NCBI GenBank assembly: GCA_965217865.1
Contig: CBDCJO010000002.1
Span: 3,072,001-3,136,000 of the forward strand
DNA from: Candidatus Latescibacterota bacterium
GTDB taxonomy: Bacteria; Latescibacterota; UBA2968; SICM01
DNA: 64,000 nucleotides
Reading direction: 5' to 3'
In this document: piece after piece, positions 21,090-31,384 of the stretch
Numbering within the stretch: the stretch's first letter is position 1
How the letters are laid out: the number at the start of each line of letters is the position of its first letter
Notes under the pieces: generated by a model
Database searches by the model: none
What the model was told of the DNA's origin: nothing
What the model saw: only the letters and a program-made list of their open reading frames with translations
Made by a program: the position numbers and the translations under genes

Positions 21090-21962
21090 TTAACAGCCCG
21101 CCTTTTCCACCCTCTCGAACACCTTCCTGCCGGCATTCAAGATATAAGCGATATACTCTGAATCGTCGTGATCGGCAAGGATGTGTGCCCGCAAAAGGCG
21201 TTCGACTTTCTCCCGGACTTCCGATGTCAAGATGCCGTCGGCACCGCGCATGTCGGCCAAACGGCGTTTGGCTTCGTCGTTCAGCAGCAGGTCGGGGTGG
21301 TCGGTTGCCAGGGAATGGACGACGGCGGTCACGACCTGATCGAATCCCCACGATCTGCGGACGGCCTCCGGGAGGCGGTCCAGGAGGGCTCGAGGCAAAG
21401 AACCGATAAAGCGGGCATGCCACTCCACACGCCGGAAATCCTCGAATTCCTGAAGGAGATCGAGATCCTCCCTTTGCCCGTCGTCATCAACCGCAGAACA
21501 GTCGTCGGGACGAATCGTCGTCCAACGACGCAGGCGTTTTATCTCCCCCTCGAGAAGACCGATATAGTTGGAACGCAGGATCGCGCCCGCAGAGTTTCCC
21601 ATTTCGGTCAGACGCCTGTGTACGTTCTCCCATCCTCTCATCCGAACAGACTCAAATCGATCCGGGCGAAGGAGGTCGATCGCTGTGTTCAGGTCCCCCT
21701 GCGATTCATCGTCGAGTCCTGCATCCATGCATACCGCAGCTCTTTTGATGCCTTTCGCAAGATCCTCTTTTCCAGCCTTAATTCCTTTTCGGTACCGCTG
21801 GGCGTGTTGAATCGCCGCGCTCTGGAGATATCCGATTAAGGATTCCTGAAAGGGCTCCCGGAACCGTCCCAATCGGATACCAAGCTCCAGGACCCGACCC
21901 AGAAAGGTTTTCTCGTCTACGTGAAGACGGTTCAGATCCAGTTTTGCAAGGGACTTCGTCAT
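21090..21962 (-). CDS. Hypothetical protein
   Basis: 290-aa ORF co-oriented with its neighbours; family not recognised. Confidence 0.75.
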   Translation of the reverse strand: MTKSLAKLDLNRLHVDEKTFLGRVLELGIRLGRFREPFQESLIGYLQSAAIQHAQRYRKGIKAGKEDLAKGIKRAAVCMDAGLDDESQGDLNTAIDLLRPDRFESVRMRGWENVHRRLTEMGNSAGAILRSNYIGLLEGEIKRLRRWTTIRPDDCSAVDDDGQREDLDLLQEFEDFRRVEWHARFIGSLPRALLDRLPEAVRRSWGFDQVVTAVVHSLATDHPDLLLNDEAKRRLADMRGADGILTSEVREKVERLLRAHILADHDDSEYIAYILNAGRKVFERVEKAGC

Positions 21963-22021
21963 AAAAAATTGGTGCTGGGGAACAAGCGTTGAGGGGAAGC
22001 CGGGTGTTTCAATGGCCGTGT

Positions 22022-23272
22022 TTATTGGCCGGCTTCTTCGAGATCCGAGTCCGTCTCCTCCATCCCATCCGCCCCCCGGGTACTCTCCCAGGCGAACCGA
22101 ATCGCCCGCTTGAAGAGTTCGGGAGAAGCCTCGAATAGGTAATTCAGGACGGATCCGATATTTGGGTCTTCGATATACAATCCAGGAGGGGGCCCCCCCA
22201 GCGCGGATTCGGAGAAAAGTTTGAACCGTGTGACCTTCGGCGCACCTGGGAAGGGGGAGACCTTACCCTCCAGGTCGAGCTGTCCCACGATTCCTATCAG
22301 GGCGTCGCGGAGCAGATCCACCTCGACCGCCTCCAGGAGGCGGACCCGGTGCGGGACATCCTCCACCTCGGCCGCGGCCTCCAACCACTCCCAGGCCACA
22401 TTCTGACGCGTCTCCGGGTTATCGATCGGTTCCAGGGTGTCTGCCACAATCTCGGAGAATCGCCCGGGGGACATCGCACGAAGCAGCTCGGCGTTATACT
22501 TCATGTATTCAGACTCCACGACAAGGAGATCAATGATGATTTCCGTTGAGAGGGCGTTCACCACCCCCGGGCTGTAACTGCCGCCCTCCGGTCCCGTGAT
22601 CGACAACAGCTCCTCCCGAGCCTCTCCCCCCGCCAGGACCAGTGCCGTTTGCTCCTCTGCAGATCGGAGCTGCATCTCTTTATGGGCTTCGAAAGCTCGC
22701 CCCTTAGACAACAGGGCCTTGATCCCCTCGGCTTCCTGAAGCACGACCCTCAGATCTTTCGACCAAGAGCCTACAACCACATTCGCTCCCTGAATCACCG
22801 CCGGGGGAATCAAGCCCTCCATTTCAGGTTGGGATCGAATCGAATCATCCGCCAGATGTCCCGGTTTGGCCTGGCCATTCAGCGGTGTGGACCCTTCAGG
22901 GAAGTAATTGGGAAGGGGGGGAAGGGCTTCACCGCACTGGAGCCGGTCTTCTAAATTCTTCTGGTGGAACACACAAAGCCTTGCGGTGGGGATGATTTCC
23001 AGGCGGACTCGCCCGAGGACCCCCTTGCATCCCGGCCATTCGCAAATTCCGAAGTCCCCTTCTTTAATTTTCGCAAGGGCGTGGTCGATTTCGTTAATTT
23101 CACGATGGTCGGCCCTATCCTGGGGGGGAGGGTCGAGTGGAAGTTCGGGAAGATCCGCCTCCGGTTCGGGGACAGTTTTATTCTTGTCTCGTCGTTCGTC
23201 GATCTGGTTGAAGATCTCCTGTCTTCGCCGAATTAATCGGTCTTTGAGAAGGACCATCTGCTCTTTTGTCAC
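22022..23272 (-). CDS. TraR/DksA zinc-finger protein with a long C-terminal extension
   Basis: EIDHALAKIKEGDFGICEWPGC...RLEIIPTARLCVFHQ. Confidence 0.75.
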   Translation of the reverse strand: MTKEQMVLLKDRLIRRRQEIFNQIDERRDKNKTVPEPEADLPELPLDPPPQDRADHREINEIDHALAKIKEGDFGICEWPGCKGVLGRVRLEIIPTARLCVFHQKNLEDRLQCGEALPPLPNYFPEGSTPLNGQAKPGHLADDSIRSQPEMEGLIPPAVIQGANVVVGSWSKDLRVVLQEAEGIKALLSKGRAFEAHKEMQLRSAEEQTALVLAGGEAREELLSITGPEGGSYSPGVVNALSTEIIIDLLVVESEYMKYNAELLRAMSPGRFSEIVADTLEPIDNPETRQNVAWEWLEAAAEVEDVPHRVRLLEAVEVDLLRDALIGIVGQLDLEGKVSPFPGAPKVTRFKLFSESALGGPPPGLYIEDPNIGSVLNYLFEASPELFKRAIRFAWESTRGADGMEETDSDLEEAGQ

Positions 23273-23381
23273 GGTCGCTCCGAATGCGGGATGGTGGGGG
23301 ACCGGCGTCGAGTCTTGAAGGCTTGCTTTTGGGTGACTTAACCTTCCTGATCACCGATGGAAATCCAAGGCCACAGATGAA

Positions 23382-23477
23382 AATGTAACTCCAGAAGCTG
23401 GGATTGTCAAGGTCCTAATAAATTATTTTTAATAAAGTTAAATAGTTCTTGACACGAAGAATCACGGTTCGTAAATT
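23382..23477. promoter_or_regulatory. Divergent sigma70 promoters
   Basis: Minus: TTGACA(23410)-17-TACATT; plus: TTGACA(23449)-17-TAAATT; AT-rich between. Confidence 0.6.
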
Positions 23478-23639
23478 GTATCTTAAAATAATTCGCCCCT
23501 GGAGTCGAACCACCGGACTTTGGATTTCTTCGGTGGTTTTTTCAGGCTCGGGAATCGCGATTCCGGGGGAGCCGTCCGATTCGTATCGCGTCTCGAATCG
23601 ATGCAGAGCCCGAACGTCCTCTGAGGGAAAAGGCTGGAA

Positions 23640-24332
23640 ATGTTCAAGACGGATTTGCTTAATAAGGTTCCCCTATTCCGGGGTCTCTCCCAGGCGGAGT
23701 TGGATGCCCTGGCCGATGTCACGACGTTGCACCGGATTCGCCGGGATGCCCGGATTATCATAGCGGACGACGAGGGGGACAGCTTCTTCGTGATTGCGAA
23801 GGGAAAGGTAAAAGTAGGTCTGTCCGGACCGGACGGCCGAGAGGTAATTTTGACCATGCTGGGTCCCGGGGATTTTTTCGGCGATATGTCTCTCCTGGAT
23901 GGGAGGCCGCGGTCCGCGAATGTGACCAACGTTGAGGCCTCAGAGTTGCTTGCGTTACGACGCCTGGATTTTCTGTCTCTGGTTGAAAGAAAACCTCAGA
24001 TTGCTGTGGAGATTCTGAAGACCATCGCCTCCCGGCTTCGGAAGGCGAACCGCCAGATCGTCGGCTTCTCTTTTCTGGGAATCATCGACCGGGTCTGCGA
24101 TGCCTTGCTGGGCATGTTCGACGATCGCGGAGAGGAGACGGTTGAAGGGGTGCTGATACGCAACCGGCCAACCCATCAAGTCCTTGCGGATATGACAGGG
24201 GCGACACGCGAGACGGTTTCGCGTGCCATCAAGCGGCTTGAGGAAGGCGGGTATATCTCGGTACGTGGAAAGGATATCCTATTTCTCAGAAGCCGCCGGA
24301 GGTTGGCGTCCAGGTTCCGACGAAACGAGTGA
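23640..24332 (+). CDS. Crp/Fnr family transcriptional regulator
   Basis: GPGDFFGDMSLLDGRPRSA cNMP site; HTH THQVLADMTGATRETVSR. Confidence 0.95.
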   Translation: MFKTDLLNKVPLFRGLSQAELDALADVTTLHRIRRDARIIIADDEGDSFFVIAKGKVKVGLSGPDGREVILTMLGPGDFFGDMSLLDGRPRSANVTNVEASELLALRRLDFLSLVERKPQIAVEILKTIASRLRKANRQIVGFSFLGIIDRVCDALLGMFDDRGEETVEGVLIRNRPTHQVLADMTGATRETVSRAIKRLEEGGYISVRGKDILFLRSRRRLASRFRRNE

Positions 24333-24541
24333 TTCGGGCCCGGGTTGGAGCACCCGGAAAAGGAGGGGTGGAGGAGGAAGGTAAAGCGGAAGACATACGA
24401 GAACCGAGAGACGGAGAGCCGAAGGAGCGAGAACAGGGATGAGGTTACCCTTTTGCTCCTCTTCAGCCCTCCGTTTTTTTATAGATCCGAATGCCCCAAG
24501 TTCCAGGTTCCACGTTCCAAAATTGACACGTGGGGTTTCGT

Positions 24542-26497
24542 ATGATGAATAACGAGGGAGATAGGAAGGGCGCGATCGGCCTTCGCGCGATCGTGTTTGG
24601 AATCTTTATATCGGTCGGGGTAAGCCTTTTGGCCAATACCGTCCGGTATGTCCATTCCGGTTCGTACATGGCTCTCAGTCACGTGCCGATGTCGAACCTC
24701 ATCCTTTTCGTGGCCTCGATAATCGGATTTGCTGCGTTTGCACGATGGTTCGGGGATCGGTTTGTCCTGTCTCCAGCCGAGTGGATCACAATCTTCTGCA
24801 TGGGGCTCGTCAGCGCCATCGGTCCGACCTACGGTGTGAGCGGGCATCTTGTTGGTTTGATGGCATCTCCCTATTACTTCGCAACACCCGAAAATGCCTG
24901 GGGGGAACACCTCCACCCCTATCTGCCATCGTGGTTGATTCCAACCAACCAGGGCGGCGCCATGGCGTGGTTTTACGAAGGCCTCCCAGAGGGGGCCTCG
25001 ATTCCGTGGGGGGTCTGGGGAATCCCCCTCCTCTGGTGGTTCACATTTATCTGTGCCGGCGGGTTTGCCTGCGCTTGCACATCCATCATCCTTCACCGGC
25101 AATGGGCAGAGAATGAGAAACTGGTGTATCCGGCGTTGTCCCCGATCCTGGAGATGGCCACGCGGGGAGGAAGAGGCACGCGATGGCTGCCGGAATTCAT
25201 GAACGGAAAAGCATTTTGGATGGGATTCGGTCTCGTCTCCTTCGTTTTCTGGTGGAACATGGTTGGATGGTTCAATCCCCTTGTCCCTCAGTTTCCGACC
25301 GCAGGAGGGTCGTGGGTCTTTTTTTCACAGCACCATCCTCCGGCATGGGTCTTTTTGAGTACCGCGGTGATCTCGTTTTCTTATTTCGCAAGGCTGGATA
25401 TCCTTTTCAGTATCTGGTTCTTCGACCTGGTTTTCATCCTGGAAGGGGGGTGGCTGAACAGGTTAGGGATCAGTGCCATCTCCCCCTTCTATGGGACAGG
25501 GCGTTATGAGTGGCAGACTGCCGGAGGGTATGTGGCCCTGGTCGCCTGGGGACTCTGGATCGGGAGGGGGCACCTTCGAGATGTCGTTTGGAAAGCCTTA
25601 AAGCCAGACCGAACTGATCTGAATGACGACGATGAACTCCTGACGTATCGAGGGGCATTGATCGGCCTTGCGGTCAGTTCCATGTATGTCGGGGCATGGC
25701 TTGCGCGGACCGGCATGGAAGTCAAGATGATCGCCATTCTGATTCCCACGACCCTACTGGTCTATATCGGGCTTTCAAAGATCCTAGCTGACTCCGGTTT
25801 GATCTATGCAGACCCCCCCACATCATCCACAAAGCTGTCCCTGGCGGCGTTGGGCGGGACAGATTCGGCGGCTACTCACACGGCACTGGGCCTGTCCTCG
25901 ACCGTCCTGAGTCATTACAGGGGGTTTGCCATGCCAGTGATGGCCCACGTCACCCGGTTGGCCGACTTCGTTTCAGACGGAAAGCACCGGCTCTTCCTGG
26001 GGGTTTGTCTGGCCTTTATCGTGGGACTGGTCGCCTCCACACTCCACACGATCTGGCTCGGGTATGCCATCGGGGCTTTCAACTTCAGACCAAACTGGCT
26101 GATCGTGGGGGATGGGATCGCGAGGTTTCAAGGCGTTGTGAATTCCATCAAGGGCTCGGAACCGATCGAATCACAAAATCTCTGGTTTTTCCTGATTGGG
26201 GCAGGTGCCATGGCCATTCTAAACTGGCTTCGATATCGATTGGTCTGGTGGCCGTTTCATCCGATCGGGTTTGCTCTTTCGGGTACGGGGCTGTCGCGGC
26301 TGACGAGCTTTACCATCATGATTGCCTGGCTTCTAAAGCTGGCCATGCTCAAAATGATCGGACCGTCGTTCTACCGGCGGTCCAGACCGTTTTTCCTCGG
26401 TGTGCTGATCGGATACATCATCGCAGTGGCAGGCGGGGTGGTCGTGGATGCGATCTACTTCCCTGAACAAGGTCACAAGGTGCATAAATGGTACTGA
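24542..26497 (+). CDS. DUF6785/DUF6784-type polytopic membrane protein (OPT-related)
   Basis: YFATPENAW, FYEGLP...IPW, RQWAENEKLVYP, SIWFF, WWPFHPIGF motifs; many TM segments. Confidence 0.8.
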   Translation: MMNNEGDRKGAIGLRAIVFGIFISVGVSLLANTVRYVHSGSYMALSHVPMSNLILFVASIIGFAAFARWFGDRFVLSPAEWITIFCMGLVSAIGPTYGVSGHLVGLMASPYYFATPENAWGEHLHPYLPSWLIPTNQGGAMAWFYEGLPEGASIPWGVWGIPLLWWFTFICAGGFACACTSIILHRQWAENEKLVYPALSPILEMATRGGRGTRWLPEFMNGKAFWMGFGLVSFVFWWNMVGWFNPLVPQFPTAGGSWVFFSQHHPPAWVFLSTAVISFSYFARLDILFSIWFFDLVFILEGGWLNRLGISAISPFYGTGRYEWQTAGGYVALVAWGLWIGRGHLRDVVWKALKPDRTDLNDDDELLTYRGALIGLAVSSMYVGAWLARTGMEVKMIAILIPTTLLVYIGLSKILADSGLIYADPPTSSTKLSLAALGGTDSAATHTALGLSSTVLSHYRGFAMPVMAHVTRLADFVSDGKHRLFLGVCLAFIVGLVASTLHTIWLGYAIGAFNFRPNWLIVGDGIARFQGVVNSIKGSEPIESQNLWFFLIGAGAMAILNWLRYRLVWWPFHPIGFALSGTGLSRLTSFTIMIAWLLKLAMLKMIGPSFYRRSRPFFLGVLIGYIIAVAGGVVVDAIYFPEQGHKVHKWY

Positions 26498-26509
26498 GCA
26501 TGGGATATG

Positions 26510-26668
26510 ACCCACCCCGCCCCGGCTTAAGTCACGCCGGGGCACCCCTCCAAGGAGGGGATTTTGGTGAGTGTTGCTTGGAATACGTCATGAAAATGAA
26601 AGTCCCCTCCTTGGAGGGGACTAAGGGGTGGGTCTCAAGCCCGGCACCCCTCCCGGGAGGGGATTTAG
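26510..26668. repeat. REP-like inverted repeat cluster (CCCCTCC-N-GGAGGGG)
   Basis: Three palindromes, with CCCACCCC/GGGGTGGG flanks, just after the stop codon. Confidence 0.75.
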
Positions 26669-26747
26669 AGTCTTACAGTATGACCTCTACGCATAGGATA
26701 TGGGGTGGTCACGTAACGGAGTGGTGTGATCGAGGGAGGTCGCTGGT

Positions 26748-29700
26748 ATGAAAGTGTGGCGGAATATCGGGGCGGTCTTCGGGATCGCGGTACTGTTCTT
26801 TCCGCTGTTTTCTCCAGAATGGGTCACGGACAAACTGGTCGAGTTTTTCGAAATCCGTCCGCCGGAACCTGCCCCCGAAAAAGGCTCGATGGCGTTCCCC
26901 CTCGCAGAAACCATCCGATCATCGATCGATGAGACAAGGGTGCGGGAACGGATGGTACGCCTTTCTTCCGGTTTCTCAAGGGTCGTGGGATATCCGGGTC
27001 ACGAATGGGCATATCGTTACATCCGGGACGAGTTCGAACGGATAGGGCTGGAGGATATCACGACGGAATCCTTCGACGTGACCTCCCCGATCGATCGTGG
27101 CGGACATCTTAAGGTGATCGGAGAGGCCGGAAAAATCCCGATCCTCGGAATCTGGCCCAACCTTGTCCGGACCAGCAGCCTACCCCGGGATGGGCTCCGC
27201 GCAATGTTGGTCGAGGGGGACGATGGCGAGTTTTCGGACTTCAACGGTAAAGATTTGGCCGGGAATATCGTTCTGATGGGATTCAACTCCTGGAATCGTT
27301 GGATGAACGCATCCATGCTCGGTGCCGAAGCGGTGATCTTCATCGCTCCAGATTCAACGACCACGGCGCAGGCGGAGCAGAAGTTCTTCCAGGTACCTCT
27401 GAACGTTCCCCGCTTCTGGATAGGAAGGGAAGAGGGCGAGATGCTTCGTCGTCGTTTGGGCTCAGGGGAGTCGATCGAGGTGGAACTGAAAAGCCGGATG
27501 GTTTGGAAAAAACACAAGGCCCTGAATGTCCTGGGTTGGATTCCAGGGGGGGATCCCACCCTGAAGGACCAGGTAATTCTGATCGACGCATACTACGACG
27601 CTATGTCTGCGGTACCCGCCCTCGCCCCTGGTGCGGATCAGGCTTCAGGCATCGTCTGTCTCCTGGAACTTGCCGAATTCCTCCGGGCTCATCCCCCATC
27701 CCGAACGGTTTTGTTCCTGGCCTCTTCGGGCCATCACCTCGGTTTCCGAGGGGTCTGTGATTTTCTGAACCGGCACGCCCGAAAGGAGGAGCACTTTGCA
27801 AGGAACCTCGAGGACCCGATCGATGTCCGGCTCTGGATTTCTCTGGATCTTTCTTCCGGGACAGACGAGATCGGGATATGGAATGGAGGGAAACCCGGTT
27901 ATTTTCAGAGATTCTTCGCCCGCTTCGGGAAGAAATTTTCCCAACTGGGTCGAGAATTTGCCCCTTCTTTCGGGATGGACGGGTCCCTGGGCATCGTGGA
28001 CGGCATCACCCCCCCGCCCGGCCTGAGTTGGGACATGCTTAACCCGGGGGGGATCATCAAGACAGACTCGGAGGTGGTCCTGACGGCGGGGTTGCCTACC
28101 GTTGCACTGGTTACGCTTAACGATGTCCGTTTCAGGGTCGATACGCCATTCGACACAGTGGAGCGGCTCAACCTTCAAAACCTGACGAAACAGATCCGAC
28201 TTATAACCGCAGTCCTGGGCAGGGCCCTGGACGACCCGGAACTCCTCCCCGATTATCGGGTCGAGCTCAGGGACAGGATGCGTGCCCTCAAGGGACGGGT
28301 CCTCACTTTCCCCCGTCGGAGTGTGGCTCCAGATCGGCCCCGGCCCGGGGCGGTGGTTGCGCTCAGGATGTCGCCCGAGAAGTCCGTGAAGGGCGTCAGG
28401 ACGATCTTCTACGACCTTGCGGATGAGAACGGATCGTTTTACGTGCCGGGCTTGACCGCCAGGCGTGTCAATGTCGATGCCTATTATCTGGATCCCGATT
28501 CCGGAGAGATCACCTATGCCCCGGATATGGGACCGTCGGGAAAAAGCTACCGGGCTGAATTCGGAATGGACTTCTGGATTACCCGTTCGACGCGCATCCT
28601 CTTTCCCTGCGTCGCAACGGATTTTTATGAGACAATCGATCCCCAGCACCTGTCGAAACTCACGCAATTGAAGGTCTATGGCGAAGGGAATTCGGCCCCC
28701 CAGGAGTACGGCTATACCCTCGGCCACAGTCCGGACGAACCGGTTGGTGTGGTTTTCACCAGGCCGGGGGAGCGGGTGAAGCTGACGATGAGCGGAGCAT
28801 CCACAGGCATTCGACTCCTTCTGCTGAACACAACGGGTGAGGGGGAAGAAGGGATGAAGGGCCGGGGATTTTTAACGCGATCGCCCGGGTCCTTCGCGAG
28901 GACATCGTTTCAGGCTGCGAAGGATATGTGGGCCCTGGACGAGGGCCGGATGCGAGAATTGCGTGCTTATGGGATTGAGAACCAGCGTCTCAAGGCCCTT
29001 CACGTCCGGGCCAGGGACCGTATCGCCAGAGCGGAAGAAGCCCTTTCGGAGCGAAAGTGGGATGCGTTTATCAAGCATACCCGCGCAGCGCTGGGCCTGG
29101 AATCCCGGGCATATCCCGATGTCAAGGGCACGCAAAACGACATCGTCCGGGGCGCCATTTTTTTTATGGCGCTTATGATCCCGTTCGCTTTTTTCGCAGA
29201 ACGGTTGCTTGTGACCGCAGGAGACATCCGATGGCAGGTGGTGTGGACGTTCGCAATCTTCCTGGCAATCTGGGGGGCCCTCTCCCTGGTCCACCCGGCG
29301 TTCAGTCTTTCAAGCCCGTTCGTCATACTTCTGGCCTTTATCATCCTGGTGCTTGCCGTGTCGGTGATCACCTTGATCTTCATTCGCTTCAACACCCACG
29401 TGAGAAGGATTCGGCCGGAGGGGATGGCTCACGATGTGGATATAGGCCGCATCAGCGCCTCCCTAGCGGCCTTTCAGCTCGGCATCGCGAACATGAAACG
29501 GCGCAGGTTCCGGACCGCCCTGACCTTTTCGACGCTCGCCCTGCTGACGTTTACCGTCCTTTCATTTACTTCGATCAAGTCGTCGCTCCAGTTTCACCGG
29601 ATTTCACGAGATCATCCCGGTCTCTATCCCGGGTTCCTTCTTAGGAGCAAGTTCTGGGGGACCCTTGAGGAATCTTCCCTGGAGTATACCCGGGCAAGCT

Positions 29701-31280
29701 TTGGGGGAGAGGCGATCGTGGCGCCCCGGAACTGGTATGCTTCGGACGACAGGAAGGCGATCCGGGTGAAGTCCGGGGCTCGGTCGGCCAACGCCCAGGG
29801 GGTCCTTGGTCTTTCTCCAAGCGAGGCGGATGTGACGGGAATTGAGTCCTGTCTGTCGAAGGGGCGATGGTTCCGGGATGGGGAGCGGAAGGTCTGCGTC
29901 ATCTCTAAAGAGATGGCCGGGCAGCTCGGTCTGTCGGAGGGGGATGTCGGGCAGGCACAGCTACATCTTTTCGGGGATGCCTTTCGGTTGATCGGCCTGA
30001 TCGATTCCGCCCGGATGAAGGAACTGAAAGACCTGGATGGGGAATCGATGACCCCTGCCGATTTTCGGGCAACCGGGCGCAACGTGTTCCTCCGAATGTC
30101 CCAGGAGGAGAAGCGGGAAAAGGCCGGCCTGGAGACCCCGAATGTGGAGATCGCTTCGTTCGACCATCTGGATCCGGCCAATGTGTTAATCGTTCCTTAC
30201 CAACTGCTCCGTGAGGTAAAGGGGTCACTCAAGAGCGTGGCCGTGCGCTTCAAGGACCCTTACGCGGTAAGGGGCCGGGTGGAAGATTTTATCTCCCGGC
30301 TCGCTGTCGTATTGTTTGCAGGGATTCCCCTGGGGTCGCCGGAAAATGCGGTTGCGCTACGGGAAGGGGATTCGAGGGAGTCGATGCCGATCCAGGTTTC
30401 CGTGTACTCCTCTCTCGGATCAACCTCCCTCCGGGGCCTGAGCAACCTGTTGATCCCGATCGCGATTGCGGGGTTGATCGTCCTGAACACGATGCTGGGT
30501 TCCGTCTACGAGCGCTTCCGCGAGATCGGCATCTATTCTTCGGTGGGGCTGGCCCCGGTTCACATCGGGTTTCTCTTTCTGGCCGAGGCTTGCGTCTACG
30601 CGGTGCTCGGGACGGTCTCTGGTTATCTTCTCGGACAGGCTGTCTCAAAGTTCCTCGTATGGGAAGGCCTTATGACGGGACTGACGATCAACTATTCCGC
30701 ACTTTCAACGGTTGCCTCTGCCGGACTGGTGATGGCGGTGACCCTTCTCTCTACGGTGTTCCCCGCACGAAAGGCATCGCAGATGGCCGTTCCCGATGTG
30801 ACCCGGCGCTGGTCACCCCCCGATCCGGAGGGAGACCGTTGGGGTTTTCGATTTCCGTTTACGGTTGGGGGCGTCGATGCCCTGGGTTTATGCGCATTTC
30901 TTGCCAGGTACTTCAATTTCCATCAGGAGGAATCGATGGGCGATTTCTACGTGGAAGGCGTGGGATGCTCTGCATTTCAAACCGAAAGCGGAGAGGCCTA
31001 CCAGATTCGTGCGACGGCATGGCTTGCCCCGTACGATCTGGGGGTCCGCCAGGGGGTCGAATTGAAAACCCTGCCAACGGGCGATCGTGGGAATTTTTCG
31101 ATGGAGCTGATGATTCAGAGGACCTCGGGAGACCGGGCTTCCTGGAGGCGATGCAACGAACGGTTTGTCAACGCCATCCGAAAGCAGTTCTTAATCTGGC
31201 GTACGCTCGACCAGGGGGCGAAGGAACAAGCCCAAGCGGAGGGTGTGGGGAGGTTCGAAAGGATGAGGGATGAAGGATGA
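26748..31280 (+). CDS. 1510-aa PA/M28-peptidase-like + MacB/FtsX permease fusion
   Basis: SRVVGYPG, DAYYD...PGADQASG, ANMKRRRFRTALT, NTMLGSVYERFREIGIYSSVGL...FLAEA, PARKAS. Confidence 0.88.
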   Translation: MKVWRNIGAVFGIAVLFFPLFSPEWVTDKLVEFFEIRPPEPAPEKGSMAFPLAETIRSSIDETRVRERMVRLSSGFSRVVGYPGHEWAYRYIRDEFERIGLEDITTESFDVTSPIDRGGHLKVIGEAGKIPILGIWPNLVRTSSLPRDGLRAMLVEGDDGEFSDFNGKDLAGNIVLMGFNSWNRWMNASMLGAEAVIFIAPDSTTTAQAEQKFFQVPLNVPRFWIGREEGEMLRRRLGSGESIEVELKSRMVWKKHKALNVLGWIPGGDPTLKDQVILIDAYYDAMSAVPALAPGADQASGIVCLLELAEFLRAHPPSRTVLFLASSGHHLGFRGVCDFLNRHARKEEHFARNLEDPIDVRLWISLDLSSGTDEIGIWNGGKPGYFQRFFARFGKKFSQLGREFAPSFGMDGSLGIVDGITPPPGLSWDMLNPGGIIKTDSEVVLTAGLPTVALVTLNDVRFRVDTPFDTVERLNLQNLTKQIRLITAVLGRALDDPELLPDYRVELRDRMRALKGRVLTFPRRSVAPDRPRPGAVVALRMSPEKSVKGVRTIFYDLADENGSFYVPGLTARRVNVDAYYLDPDSGEITYAPDMGPSGKSYRAEFGMDFWITRSTRILFPCVATDFYETIDPQHLSKLTQLKVYGEGNSAPQEYGYTLGHSPDEPVGVVFTRPGERVKLTMSGASTGIRLLLLNTTGEGEEGMKGRGFLTRSPGSFARTSFQAAKDMWALDEGRMRELRAYGIENQRLKALHVRARDRIARAEEALSERKWDAFIKHTRAALGLESRAYPDVKGTQNDIVRGAIFFMALMIPFAFFAERLLVTAGDIRWQVVWTFAIFLAIWGALSLVHPAFSLSSPFVILLAFIILVLAVSVITLIFIRFNTHVRRIRPEGMAHDVDIGRISASLAAFQLGIANMKRRRFRTALTFSTLALLTFTVLSFTSIKSSLQFHRISRDHPGLYPGFLLRSKFWGTLEESSLEYTRASFGGEAIVAPRNWYASDDRKAIRVKSGARSANAQGVLGLSPSEADVTGIESCLSKGRWFRDGERKVCVISKEMAGQLGLSEGDVGQAQLHLFGDAFRLIGLIDSARMKELKDLDGESMTPADFRATGRNVFLRMSQEEKREKAGLETPNVEIASFDHLDPANVLIVPYQLLREVKGSLKSVAVRFKDPYAVRGRVEDFISRLAVVLFAGIPLGSPENAVALREGDSRESMPIQVSVYSSLGSTSLRGLSNLLIPIAIAGLIVLNTMLGSVYERFREIGIYSSVGLAPVHIGFLFLAEACVYAVLGTVSGYLLGQAVSKFLVWEGLMTGLTINYSALSTVASAGLVMAVTLLSTVFPARKASQMAVPDVTRRWSPPDPEGDRWGFRFPFTVGGVDALGLCAFLARYFNFHQEESMGDFYVEGVGCSAFQTESGEAYQIRATAWLAPYDLGVRQGVELKTLPTGDRGNFSMELMIQRTSGDRASWRRCNERFVNAIRKQFLIWRTLDQGAKEQAQAEGVGRFERMRDEG

Positions 31281-31384
31281 GTGTCGCGACGGAGTCGGAG
31301 TGGGGCGCAAAGGCGGTGTGGAAGTGTTGGAGTGGAGGGTTGCGCTTTGAACAGAGGATTTGAGGCTGGAATCCGAATTTATTG

